Shown: piece by piece, positions 24,653 through 34,184 of the stretch
Position numbering within the stretch: the first letter of the stretch is position 1
Layout: each line of letters starts with the position of its first letter
Notes under the pieces: model-generated
What the model saw: the letters and a program-made list of their open reading frames with translations, nothing else
What the model was told of the DNA's origin: nothing
Database searches by the model: none
Made by a program: the position numbers and the translations under genes
From: Candidatus Kaiserbacteria bacterium RIFCSPLOWO2_01_FULL_51_21
GTDB taxonomy: Bacteria; Patescibacteriota; Minisyncoccia; Phycocordibacterales; 2-01-FULL-51-21
DNA length: 58,264 nucleotides
Assembly (NCBI GenBank): GCA_001781435.1
Contig: MFLV01000009.1
Span: forward strand, 435-58,698
Direction of reading: 5' to 3'

Positions 24653-25633
24653 ATGCCAGAAGGAAAGAAAATACTGCTCTCGGGAACCCAGCCGAGCGGA
24701 CGGCTCCATATCGGGAACTACCTCGGGGCGCTTCGGCAATTCGTCGAACTCCAGAAGACCCATGAGAGCTTTTTCATGATTGCCGATTATCATGCGCTCA
24801 CGAGCGTCCAGGACGGCGGCAAACTTGCCGAAAATACCCTGAACCTTGCAATGGATTATTTGGCTATCGGCATTGACCCGGAGGAATCAGTTATTTTCAA
24901 GCAATCGGACGTGCCAGAGCATATGGAGCTTGCATGGATTTTCAATTGCATCACCACGATGCCCTACCTTATGCGCGCGCATGCGTTCAAAGACGCCGAG
25001 GCAAAAAACAAAGAAATCAGCGTGGGCAAATTTGAGTATCCCATGCTCATGGCGGCAGACATCCTCCTGTATGAGACCGAGGTTGTGCCAATCGGACAAG
25101 ACCAGAAACAGCACGTAGAGATTACCCGTGACACTGCGGAAAAATTCAACCGAATCTTCGGCGAAACTTTTGTCCTGCCAGCGCCGCTTATTCTCGACGA
25201 AGTGGCAACCGTACCCGGCATTGACGGACGCAAGATGAGCAAGAGCTACGGCAACGACATCGGACTCTTTGCTGATGACGGTGAAATAGAATCCAAGGTG
25301 ATGAGTATTGTGACTGATTCAAAAGGAGTGGGGGAAACGAAAGACCCAGAGACCTGTACGGTGTTTGCGCTCCATAAATTCTTCAGCCAAAACGAGCTTC
25401 CGGACATCGAGCGGCGCTATCGAGATGGCTCCATGAGTTATAAAGAGTCAAAAGAAATTCTCGCAAAAAATCTTAAAGACTTCATCGCGCCGCTTCGGGA
25501 GAAGCGAAAAACATTCGAACGCGACCATGATAGAGTCATTGAAATACTCAAAAAAGGAGGGGCGTTTGCCCGCGAGCGGGCGCAAAAGAAAATGGCAGAT
25601 GTGCGATTAAAAGTCGGAACGACACTGTACTGA
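24653..25633 (+). CDS. trpS: tryptophanyl-tRNA synthetase
   Basis: GTQPSGRLHIGNYLGA (HIGH-type) and KMSKS. ATG at 24653 preferred over the TTG at 24635. Confidence 0.95.
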   Translation: MPEGKKILLSGTQPSGRLHIGNYLGALRQFVELQKTHESFFMIADYHALTSVQDGGKLAENTLNLAMDYLAIGIDPEESVIFKQSDVPEHMELAWIFNCITTMPYLMRAHAFKDAEAKNKEISVGKFEYPMLMAADILLYETEVVPIGQDQKQHVEITRDTAEKFNRIFGETFVLPAPLILDEVATVPGIDGRKMSKSYGNDIGLFADDGEIESKVMSIVTDSKGVGETKDPETCTVFALHKFFSQNELPDIERRYRDGSMSYKESKEILAKNLKDFIAPLREKRKTFERDHDRVIEILKKGGAFARERAQKKMADVRLKVGTTLY

Positions 25634-25659
25634 CAACCAACAACTAACAACCGACCACC

Positions 25660-26991
25660 ATGCAACGAATATACATTGAGAATCTTCAGAAACATGTCGG
25701 CAAAGAAGCAATCATTGCCGGATGGGTGGATGTGCGCCGCGACCACGGCAAGCTCATTTTCATTGACCTGCGTGACCGCACGGGAAAAGTGCAGTGCGTC
25801 ATCGTGCCGAGCGCTCTAAAAGCATACGAGGCAGGAAAAGACCTGCGCTCCGAGTGGGTGGTACAGATGACCGGAGTGGTGCAGGAGCGGCCGGGAAATA
25901 TGCGAAACGACAAAGAACCGAACGGGACGATTGAACTGGCGGTTTCGGAAATCGAAGTGCTTTCCCGTGCGGCAGAAATGCCCTTCGAGCTCGGGACGGA
26001 ACTAAATCTCGATACCTATCTTGACCATTTGCCACTCACCCTTCGCACGCCTCGCGCGCGAGACATTTTTACCTTGCAGGCAACACTCGTAGAAGAATAT
26101 CGAACAGTATTGCGTAATCAAGGGTTTACTGAATTTCAGGCACCGGGAATTGTCGGCGGTGATGCAGAGGGAGGGGCTGCGGTCTTTAAGGTGGAATATC
26201 TCAAGGATAAGGCTGCCTATCTTGCAACGAGTCCGCAATTTTACAAGCAAATCATGGTCGGAATTTTTGAACGAGTATTCACAATTGCGAAAGTATTTCG
26301 CGCAGAAGAGCATGCAACATCTAGACACCTGAATGAATACTCAACCCTTGATTTTGAAATGGGGTTCGTACGCGACCACCATGATGTGATGGAAACACTT
26401 GAAAAAGCGCTACGGCATTTGGTAAAGGCCGTTTCAGAAAAGCATTCCGACATACTCATACGTTTCGGCATGGAAATACCGCTCCTGCCGCAGAACATTC
26501 CTGTGATGAAGTTGCGGGAAGCACAGGAAATCATCACAAAAGAAACCGGCGAGGACTGTGTCAACGAACCCGACCTTGAACCGGCACACGAACGTTTTCT
26601 TTGCGAGTACGCTCGAAAGAATCTCAATTCAGATTTTCTGTTTGTGACGCATTACCCGGTTTCCAAACGCCCGTTTTATACCTATGAGGACGAAACTGAC
26701 CCCGGCTTCACTAAAAGTTTTGACCTTCTTTTTCGCGGTGTTGAAATCGTGACGGGAGGACAGCGAATTCACGATTACAATACACTGGTTGAAAAAATAA
26801 AAGCAAAAAATCTGAACCCGGAAAAGTTTTCTTTTTATTTAGAGGCGTTCAAGTATGGCATGCCACCCCATGGAGGGTGTGCCATCGGTCTTGAACGATT
26901 GACCCAAAAATTCCTCGGGCTTGAGAACGTCAAAGAAGCGGCACTTTTTCCGCGCGATATGAATCGCATTGACACTCTGCTCTCGCAATAG
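25660..26991 (+). CDS. aspS: aspartyl-tRNA synthetase, archaeal/eukaryal type
   Basis: 443 aa with an OB-fold N-terminus, FRAEEHATSRHLNEYSTLDFEM and GGCAIGLERL. An AsnRS identity cannot be fully excluded from sequence alone. Confidence 0.8.
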   Translation: MQRIYIENLQKHVGKEAIIAGWVDVRRDHGKLIFIDLRDRTGKVQCVIVPSALKAYEAGKDLRSEWVVQMTGVVQERPGNMRNDKEPNGTIELAVSEIEVLSRAAEMPFELGTELNLDTYLDHLPLTLRTPRARDIFTLQATLVEEYRTVLRNQGFTEFQAPGIVGGDAEGGAAVFKVEYLKDKAAYLATSPQFYKQIMVGIFERVFTIAKVFRAEEHATSRHLNEYSTLDFEMGFVRDHHDVMETLEKALRHLVKAVSEKHSDILIRFGMEIPLLPQNIPVMKLREAQEIITKETGEDCVNEPDLEPAHERFLCEYARKNLNSDFLFVTHYPVSKRPFYTYEDETDPGFTKSFDLLFRGVEIVTGGQRIHDYNTLVEKIKAKNLNPEKFSFYLEAFKYGMPPHGGCAIGLERLTQKFLGLENVKEAALFPRDMNRIDTLLSQ

Positions 26992-27056
26992 CAAAAGATA
27001 GACAAACTTATTAAAGTATGTTACTATGCCCAACGTCATAGTAAGTTAGTTTTTGT

Positions 27057-28517
27057 ATGATTTTTACAACAATTCGGGAATCTAAAGGCAAAGTGTCGAC
27101 TGACACAACGCTGGTTTCTTTTCGGCAGGATACAAATCCGCCTGCGCTCGTCTCGAGCGCAGGCGGAGCGACTCTTTTTATTGGTATCGGCAAGCGCGAA
27201 GAAATAACGCACCGTAAACTTGCGATGCTTGCGCGCAAGGTCGTTCAAATTTCAAAACAACACCGGCTCAAAAAAATAACCATCCGGCTTGACGACTTCC
27301 ATTTCCCAAAAACACGCGCCCTAAACGAAAAGGGACTTGCTGAACTTCTTGCACAAAATTTTGAGCTTGCCAACTTCGAATTTACTAAGTTGAAAACAAC
27401 TCCGCCAGAAGGCTGGCCAGTTGTGGAGGAACTCGAAATAATTCATTCCAACATTCTCAAGAATGTTGGAATGAAGGGTCTGCGGCAAGGGCTTCTGCGC
27501 GGCCGGCTCATCGGAGAGGAGGTCAACGCTTGCCGCACCCTTGCCAACACTCCGGGCGGTGACATGACCCCAAAAGCCCTTGCCGAAGCGGCTAAAGAGG
27601 CGGCAAAAGGCACAAAAATAGATGTCACGGTTCTCGGTCAAAAAGCCCTCGAAAACCTTAAAATGGGGGCAATTCTGGGCGTTGCACGGGGTTCGCAGGA
27701 GGAGCCACAGTTCATCATCATGGAGTACTGGGGCGCCGGCCCTTCGGCTCGCTCCGCTCGTTCAGGACAACCAAAACCAGTGGTTTTGGTTGGTAAAGGA
27801 GTTACTTTTGACAGCGGGGGACTCAACGTGAAGCCCGGGGACTCAATGTATGAAATGCATATGGATATGTCGGGAGGGGCGGCAGTCATTCATGCAATTG
27901 TGCTCGCGGCAAAACTCGGACTCAAGAAAAATGTCGTCGGGCTCATTCCGGCAGTTGAAAATATGCCTTCCGGTTCAAGCTATCATCCCGGCGATGTGCT
28001 CCGCTCGCTTTCCGGAAAAACAATCGAAGTTTTAAATACCGACGCGGAAGGGAGAGTAATTCTCGCCGATGCCCTTACCTATGCGAAGCAATACCAGCCG
28101 CGGCTCGTGGTGGACGTGGCAACACTCACTGGCGCCGCGCTTGTTGCTCTTGGCCAGCACGCCTCCGCAATTCTTACGCGAGACCCTAAACTTGAAAAAC
28201 TCTTCCAAGAACTCGGCGAAGAATCTGGGGATTATGTCTGGCCGATGCCGCTCTGGGACGAATACGAGGAATATGTGAAAGGAACTTTTGGTGACGTCTC
28301 AAATATCGCTTCAAGCGGGAATACGCGCTATGGAGGGGTCATCAACGGCGCAATGTTCCTCTATCAATTTACGAAAAAAGAGGACGGCTCGGCGGCATAC
28401 CCGTGGGTGCATATCGACATGGCTCCGCGTATGACCTCGGCGCCCTCTGACAATCTCGCCAAAGGCGCCACTGGCGAGCCCGTCCGGCTACTTCTTAAAG
28501 TCATTGAACGATTATAA
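27057..28517 (+). CDS. pepA: leucyl aminopeptidase (M17)
   Basis: 486 aa with the NTDAEGRVILADAL signature. Confidence 0.93.
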   Translation: MIFTTIRESKGKVSTDTTLVSFRQDTNPPALVSSAGGATLFIGIGKREEITHRKLAMLARKVVQISKQHRLKKITIRLDDFHFPKTRALNEKGLAELLAQNFELANFEFTKLKTTPPEGWPVVEELEIIHSNILKNVGMKGLRQGLLRGRLIGEEVNACRTLANTPGGDMTPKALAEAAKEAAKGTKIDVTVLGQKALENLKMGAILGVARGSQEEPQFIIMEYWGAGPSARSARSGQPKPVVLVGKGVTFDSGGLNVKPGDSMYEMHMDMSGGAAVIHAIVLAAKLGLKKNVVGLIPAVENMPSGSSYHPGDVLRSLSGKTIEVLNTDAEGRVILADALTYAKQYQPRLVVDVATLTGAALVALGQHASAILTRDPKLEKLFQELGEESGDYVWPMPLWDEYEEYVKGTFGDVSNIASSGNTRYGGVINGAMFLYQFTKKEDGSAAYPWVHIDMAPRMTSAPSDNLAKGATGEPVRLLLKVIERL

Positions 28518-28546
28518 AGGTAATTCTCACAAATCTTAAGATATTC

Positions 28547-29170
28547 GTGGCACACAAAAAGTCTCTTATATTAGGCTATTTTTCTTGCATAAATACTTTT
28601 CTTCAGAAAGTACACTGTTTTGATTGCGTTAGGTGGTTTCGTAATAAAGTATGGGATTCTCCACAATTTCTTATTAAACTCATATCTCTTTCAAGCATTG
28701 TCACAATTTTTATTTCACTCCAGCTTTTTTCCGTCTCAGAAAAATTAAACGACCTTCAGTTCTCAACCTTAAACGCGAGCGGCTACAGAGACAGATTTAT
28801 TTCAAAAAATGATAACGTTATACTTCTTGGAGAATTGAGTCGAATCAGTAAATTGAAAGTTACCGATATGAGCCTACTGAAACAAGCTTATAAATACTAT
28901 TTAGCTGCCAAAGACCCTTCTTTATCAGATGAGTATATTAATGAAGAACTTAAAAAAATAACTTCGTTGCAAGATTATCAAAATTTAATTGGATTAGATG
29001 TTATTGAGGAAATAAATGCTTACGTTCTTGAAAGTAATAAAAAAACTTTTTCCTTAAGAGAAGACCAACTTTTTTGGCTTAAGACGCTTATCTTGATTCA
29101 GATTATAAATATGCTTTTTACTGTTCGTCTAGCAAAAATAACTACCACAAAATACGTCCGAGTAAGCTGA
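28547..29170 (+). CDS. AT-rich orphan membrane protein
   Basis: 207-aa ORF with a GTG start, two hydrophobic helices and no recognised family. A sampled 60-nt line counts 28% GC. Confidence 0.4.
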   Translation: MAHKKSLILGYFSCINTFLQKVHCFDCVRWFRNKVWDSPQFLIKLISLSSIVTIFISLQLFSVSEKLNDLQFSTLNASGYRDRFISKNDNVILLGELSRISKLKVTDMSLLKQAYKYYLAAKDPSLSDEYINEELKKITSLQDYQNLIGLDVIEEINAYVLESNKKTFSLREDQLFWLKTLILIQIINMLFTVRLAKITTTKYVRVS

Positions 29171-29218
29171 AGCGTGTTGTACTCAAGGCTAGGTGTACAA
29201 TTTTGATACAATGATGTT

Positions 29219-29947
29219 ATGAAAGAATTCAAAGTCAAAATCGGAATGTTTGAGGGGCCGCTTGATTTGCTGCTGAATCTCATCGAGGAGCGCAAATTGC
29301 ATATCAACGACGTTTCGCTTGCGGCGGTTACGGACGAGTACATCAACTATGTAAAGTCCCTGTCCGAGCTTCCGGTCGCGCAAACCGCCAATTTCATCCT
29401 CGTTGCCTCGACGCTTCTTCTCATTAAATCAAAATCGCTCTTGCCAGTCCTCGACTTGACCCCCGAAGAGCAGGGGAGTATCGATGATTTGGAGCGGCGC
29501 CTCAAACTTCACAAACTTTTCAAGGACCTCTCCCGAGTCGTAAAAGAACAGTTCGGGCTCGTTGCACTTTTTCCAAAAACCCCCTCAAAAGAAGTTGAGC
29601 CTATTTTTTCGCCGGACAAAACTATGACCCTTCCAGCGCTCGGACAGTCAATACGAGCGGTATTAGCCGCCCTGCCGCAGAAAACATTTCTCCCAAAAGC
29701 AGCAGTTGAAAAAATAATGACGCTCGAGCAAATGATTGACCGGCTTTCTACGCGGATCAGCTCGGCTCTTAAAACAAGTTTCCGTGATTTTGCCGGAATA
29801 GGAAAAGCGAAAAAAGTCGAAGTTATTTTAAGCTTTCTCGCTATCTTAGAACTCGTAAAACGCGGCGCTATTTCCGTCACCCAAAACGAACACTTTGAGG
29901 ACATTGCCATCGAGAGCGGGGAAGTGGGAGTTCCGAAATACCACTAA
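29219..29947 (+). CDS. scpA: segregation and condensation protein A
   Basis: FEGPLDLLLNLIEERKLHINDVSLAAVTDEY. Confidence 0.92.
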   Translation: MKEFKVKIGMFEGPLDLLLNLIEERKLHINDVSLAAVTDEYINYVKSLSELPVAQTANFILVASTLLLIKSKSLLPVLDLTPEEQGSIDDLERRLKLHKLFKDLSRVVKEQFGLVALFPKTPSKEVEPIFSPDKTMTLPALGQSIRAVLAALPQKTFLPKAAVEKIMTLEQMIDRLSTRISSALKTSFRDFAGIGKAKKVEVILSFLAILELVKRGAISVTQNEHFEDIAIESGEVGVPKYH

Positions 29948-29993
29948 ATTACATTGTCCTTGAGCCTTTTTTTGGCTATGCTAGAGAGATTGT

Positions 29994-30557
29994 ATGGAAC
30001 TTTCAGCCAAAATAGAGGCACTTCTTTTCTTTCGCGGTGAGCCGGTCGGAAAGCGGGAACTTGCCAAGATGCTCGGGAGCAAGGATGCGGAAATAGAACA
30101 AGGCATAACGGAACTGAAGTCAAAACTTGAAAATCGGGGCATTGCTCTCCTTGAGAAAGACGATGAGGTGGAACTTCGCACCGCGCCGGAAGCAAGCGAG
30201 CTTATAGAAAAAATCCGCAAAGAAGAGCTCTCCCGAGATCTCGGTAAGGCTGGCGCGGAAACACTCGCCATTATTCTCTACCGCAATCCAGTGACTCGCG
30301 CCGATATCGACTACATCCGCGGAGTAAACTCCACTTTTATCTTGCGCAATCTTCTCATTCGCGGGCTCGTTGAGCGGGTGCAGAATCCGAACGACCAGCG
30401 CAGTTTCCACTATAAACCGACCTTCGAGCTTCTCGCGCATCTCGGAATCAAAAATATTTCCGAACTCCCGGAATACACCTCGGTGCAGGAAGAACTCGAA
30501 AAATTTACCGTATCCCAAAAAGCAGAGGAGGAAGACAGTGAAAAAGAACATGCGTGA
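29994..30557 (+). CDS. scpB: segregation and condensation protein B
   Basis: IEALLFFRGEPVGKRELAKML and tandem winged-helix architecture. Confidence 0.9.
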   Translation: MELSAKIEALLFFRGEPVGKRELAKMLGSKDAEIEQGITELKSKLENRGIALLEKDDEVELRTAPEASELIEKIRKEELSRDLGKAGAETLAIILYRNPVTRADIDYIRGVNSTFILRNLLIRGLVERVQNPNDQRSFHYKPTFELLAHLGIKNISELPEYTSVQEELEKFTVSQKAEEEDSEKEHA

Positions 30558-31524
30558 AATCCATCAACAACTCCTGCTTGGTTTTTTTGCAATGCTTAGT
30601 GTCGGAGGCGCGTTTCTTTTTGCTCTCTCCATGCCGCGAGGAGAGACCCCACGGCAAGAAGCCACCGTAATCACCTCACTTCCGACCCCCGCTCCCGACC
30701 TCTTCAAAGACCTCTCGCTTGAGGCTAAGGCGGTTATCGTTATCGACTGGAGCCGTAACCAAGTGCTCTTTGAAAAAAACGCCAACGCGCAATTACCGCT
30801 TGCCTCGCTTTCGAAACTCATGACCGTGGTCGTTGCAGATGAGGTGCTTCCTAAAGGAAGTGCCGTCACTATCCGTCCTAAAGATGCAAAACAAAGCGAT
30901 AATGCGCCACTGCGAGCCGGAGAGCAGTGGCGCCTTAAAGACCTTCTTGATTTCACCCTGATTGGCTCTTCAAACAGCGGCGCTTCTGCACTTGCAAGCG
31001 AGGCTACCGCTGCGCTCCACGGAGAAACGGAAGAAAAGAATATACAACCCTCTTCAGTATTTCTCGAGCGGATGAACCAAAAAGCGGCAGAGCTTGGACT
31101 CTCGCAAACCTATTTCCTCAATGAAACCGGTCTCGATCAAAGCTCGGAGGTTCCCGGTAACAACGGTTCCGCCCGAGATATGGCGAAACTTCTCGGTTAC
31201 ATCATTACTAGCCGACCCGAATTGTTAGACGCGACCAGATATCCGGAATTCAGCGCCGTGACAGTCGGCAACACTCGCTACAGAGTACAGAACACCGATA
31301 CCGCCCTTGGCCACATTCCGGGACTTATCGGATCAAAAACGGGGCTTACTGATCTTGCGGGGGGCAATTTAGCCGTGGCATTTGACGCCGGCATTGAACA
31401 TCCAATCATTGTAGTGATCCTTGGCTCATCGCAGGAAGGGCGATTCGTTGATATTCAAAAGCTCGTGGACACCTCACTTTCCTGTCTTGCTCTAGGCTGT
31501 CGTAATAGTGTCTCAAATTTATGA
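30550..31524 (+). CDS. D-alanyl-D-alanine carboxypeptidase (S11 family)
   Basis: Signal anchor, then SLSK (SxxK), SSNSG (SxN) and KTGLT (KTG). ATG at 30550 overlaps the scpB stop; the track ORF from 30370 is an extension. Confidence 0.88.
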   Translation: MREIHQQLLLGFFAMLSVGGAFLFALSMPRGETPRQEATVITSLPTPAPDLFKDLSLEAKAVIVIDWSRNQVLFEKNANAQLPLASLSKLMTVVVADEVLPKGSAVTIRPKDAKQSDNAPLRAGEQWRLKDLLDFTLIGSSNSGASALASEATAALHGETEEKNIQPSSVFLERMNQKAAELGLSQTYFLNETGLDQSSEVPGNNGSARDMAKLLGYIITSRPELLDATRYPEFSAVTVGNTRYRVQNTDTALGHIPGLIGSKTGLTDLAGGNLAVAFDAGIEHPIIVVILGSSQEGRFVDIQKLVDTSLSCLALGCRNSVSNL

Positions 31525-31721
31525 TCCCGTTAGAGATTAGAAAAGTTGGTTTTAGTTTGAGAGACACTTACTGCATTTTCAAGAACATTCTCACGAACCT
31601 CAACATCATGAACGGAAACGCCTTCAACAGACAGCGCCAGGTCGAAAAGATTATTTTTCATGTTCAGATAAAAAAGTCCAGTAAGCAACGCATGCTGGGC
31701 GTTTCCTATCTCTAACGGGAT
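31521..31721 (+). repeat. CCCGTTAGA-arm palindromic junction element, copy 1 (long variant)
   Basis: Arms ATCCCGTTAGAGAT (31524-31537) / ATCTCTAACGGGAT (31708-31721). It contains track ORF 31521-31715 (64 aa), and ATGAT flanks both ends. Confidence 0.85.
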
Positions 31722-32790
31722 GATTATCGACGTCGTTAAAGTGATTCTTCCCGCAGCGCTTGCTTTTAGTATTGGTATGGCGATTACGCCGGCACTTACT
31801 CACTACCTCTACACGTACAAAGCCTGGAAGAAACAAGTTCGGAGCCGAGCTATTGATGGCAGGGAAGCCATCATCTTTAACGAATTACACAAAGAAAAAG
31901 AAATCGGAACTCCGCGTATGGGCGGAGTGGTTATTTGGCTCTCGGCAGCTTTCACAATCGTCGGAATCTGGCTTTTGGCCGAGCTTTTTCCCGGAAGCAT
32001 TTTCACAAAACTCGATTTTTTAAGTCGCAACCAAACCTGGATACCTTTTTTCACGCTCATTGCTGGTGCACTCGTCGGACTTATCGACGACTTATTCGAG
32101 GTTATGGGACGAGGCGGGTATATCGGCGGGGGACTTTCGCTTACGAAACGCCTTCTTGTCGTTGCTGGGATTGCTCTTTTCGTAGGATGGTGGTTCTACA
32201 GTAAACTTGAAATCACAACCATCGGGATGTTTTTTGGCGCAAGCGTGTCGGTTGGCATTTTTATTATTCCCATTTTTGTACTGGTCACGCTTGCACTCTA
32301 TGCAAGTGGCGTTATCGACGGCATTGACGGTCTTGCCGGGGGAGTATTCTCAACTATTTTTCTCGCTTATGCGGGCATCGCCTTTTATCAGGGACAAATA
32401 GATTTAGCCGCCTTTTGTGCGACGGTTGCCGGCGGCATATTGGCGTTTTTATGGTTCAATATTCCGCCGGCGCGCTTCTACATGTCAGAAACGGGGACCA
32501 TGGGACTCACCATAACGCTTGCGGTCGTCGCTTTTATGACCGACTCACTTGGAGAGGGGCACGGGCTCATTGTTCTCCCGATCGTCGCCTTCCTTCTCCT
32601 CATCACCGTTGCCTCGGTGCTTCTCCAGGTTATATCGAAAAGACTGCGTAAAGGGAAAAAGATATTCCGCATTGCGCCCCTCCACCATCATTTCGAAGCT
32701 ATCGGCTGGCCACCGTATAAAGTAACCATGCGTTTTTGGGTCCTCGGCATCATCTTCGGCCTCGTCGGCATGATTCTTGCCTTCCTTTAG
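31720..32790 (+). CDS. mraY: phospho-N-acetylmuramoyl-pentapeptide transferase
   Basis: 356-aa polytopic protein with GTPRMGGVVIW and the C-terminal APLHHHFE motif. Confidence 0.95.
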   Translation: MIIDVVKVILPAALAFSIGMAITPALTHYLYTYKAWKKQVRSRAIDGREAIIFNELHKEKEIGTPRMGGVVIWLSAAFTIVGIWLLAELFPGSIFTKLDFLSRNQTWIPFFTLIAGALVGLIDDLFEVMGRGGYIGGGLSLTKRLLVVAGIALFVGWWFYSKLEITTIGMFFGASVSVGIFIIPIFVLVTLALYASGVIDGIDGLAGGVFSTIFLAYAGIAFYQGQIDLAAFCATVAGGILAFLWFNIPPARFYMSETGTMGLTITLAVVAFMTDSLGEGHGLIVLPIVAFLLLITVASVLLQVISKRLRKGKKIFRIAPLHHHFEAIGWPPYKVTMRFWVLGIIFGLVGMILAFL

Positions 32791-32801
32791 CAACACGCGG
32801 C

Positions 32802-32923
32802 ATGAATCCCGTTAGAAATCACGGACAGGCTGGTACAATATGTTACTAAAGGTCAAATATATCAACAATAAACAAAAGAGCACGGCGCTTCGGAAAAAGT
32901 CCGTGCCCTATTTCTAACGGGAT
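32802..32923 (+). repeat. CCCGTTAGA-arm palindromic junction element, copy 2
   Basis: Arms ATCCCGTTAGAAAT (32806-32819) / ATTTCTAACGGGAT (32910-32923), extended by CACGGAC/GTCCGTG. Confidence 0.85.
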
Positions 32924-34019
32924 GAAAAGCCACAGCTTCGATCGCTCCATCTTTTTTTTGACGATACTTCTCGTGGTCGTGGGATTTTTTGTTTTCACTT
33001 CAGCTTCACTTGGGCTTCTCTCTCGTGTCGACGGAGCCCACTTCGCGCGCACCGCGTTCACTCAGGCGTTCCTCGGCATCGGACTGGGGTTTGTGGGACT
33101 ACTCACAGCCATAAACATCCGCTACCGCTTTTGGAGAAAATACGCTCTTCTTATTTTTATTGCAGCGCTTATTGCGACAAGTCTGGTCTTCGTACCAGGG
33201 CTCGGCTTCAGCTCCGGCGGCGCAACACGCTGGATTCATATCGGGCCCTTGTCGTGGCAGCCGGCTGAATTCCTGAAGCTTGCATTCGTCATCTACCTTG
33301 CGGCATGGCTTTCCGGGGCCCGCGGCAAAGTACAGCATTTTCGGTCCAGCATTATCCCGTTCCTCCTCATTACCGCTTTTACCGGCACCTTACTCCTCTT
33401 AGAGCCTGACACAGGGACTTTCATGGTCATCGTCACCGCCGGTCTTGCCATGCTTATTGCCGCCGGGGTGCGGTGGCGCGATATTGCGATTCTTGTGTGT
33501 GTGGTGCTTATCGGTCTTGCCGGACTTGCCGCTACGCGACCGTATATAAAAGACCGTATCGTAACGTTTATCGACCCGATGCATGACCCCCAAGGATCAA
33601 GCTACCAGCTTCAGCAATCACTTATTGCCGTCGGCTCAGGAGGGCTCCTCGGAAGGGGATTTGGACTCAGCGTTCAAAAGTTCAGTTATCTTCCGGAACC
33701 ATCGGGCGATTCGATTTTTGCGGTTGCTGCCGAAGAATTTGGATTTCTTGGAAGCATCACGCTCGTCGGCTTGTTCTTACTGCTGGGACTTCAGGGGCTC
33801 AAGGTGGCGGCGCGTGCACCTGATACATTCGGTGGACTCTTGGCCGTCGGGATTGTTATACTCATCGTATCCCAGTCATTTATCAACATCGCCTCCATGG
33901 TAGGGGTACTGCCGCTCACCGGCCTGCCGATGCTTTTTATAAGTCATGGGGGTACCGCAATGCTCTTTGGCCTTTTTGAAATTGGAATTTTGCTTAATAT
34001 TTCGAAATACCGAGCCTAA
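32922..34019 (+). CDS. ftsW: cell division / peptidoglycan polymerase FtsW (SEDS family)
   Basis: 365 aa, ten-TM SEDS pattern, between mraY and murG. Confidence 0.9.
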   Translation: MKSHSFDRSIFFLTILLVVVGFFVFTSASLGLLSRVDGAHFARTAFTQAFLGIGLGFVGLLTAINIRYRFWRKYALLIFIAALIATSLVFVPGLGFSSGGATRWIHIGPLSWQPAEFLKLAFVIYLAAWLSGARGKVQHFRSSIIPFLLITAFTGTLLLLEPDTGTFMVIVTAGLAMLIAAGVRWRDIAILVCVVLIGLAGLAATRPYIKDRIVTFIDPMHDPQGSSYQLQQSLIAVGSGGLLGRGFGLSVQKFSYLPEPSGDSIFAVAAEEFGFLGSITLVGLFLLLGLQGLKVAARAPDTFGGLLAVGIVILIVSQSFINIASMVGVLPLTGLPMLFISHGGTAMLFGLFEIGILLNISKYRA

Positions 34020-34029
34020 ATTGAAATAT

Positions 34030-34056
34030 GAATTACGAAGTACAAATTACGAATAA
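34030..34056. repeat. heptamer-repeat locus (complement orientation)
   Basis: GAATTACGAAGTACAAATTACGAATAA lies between the ftsW stop and element copy 3. Confidence 0.7.
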
Positions 34057-34061
34057 ATAGG

Positions 34062-34184
34062 ATGAATCCCGTTAGAAGTCGAGAACCCGCAACAACTTTC
34101 AATATGGCAATGGTCGAAAATATCCAACGTAGTTCGTGGGTAGGAATAAGCGCCAACAGGTGCGCGTCCTACTTCTAACGGGAT
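34062..34184 (+). repeat. CCCGTTAGA-arm palindromic junction element, copy 3
   Basis: Arms ATCCCGTTAGAAGT (34066-34079) / ACTTCTAACGGGAT (34171-34184). An open 38-codon frame spans 34062-34178. Confidence 0.85.
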
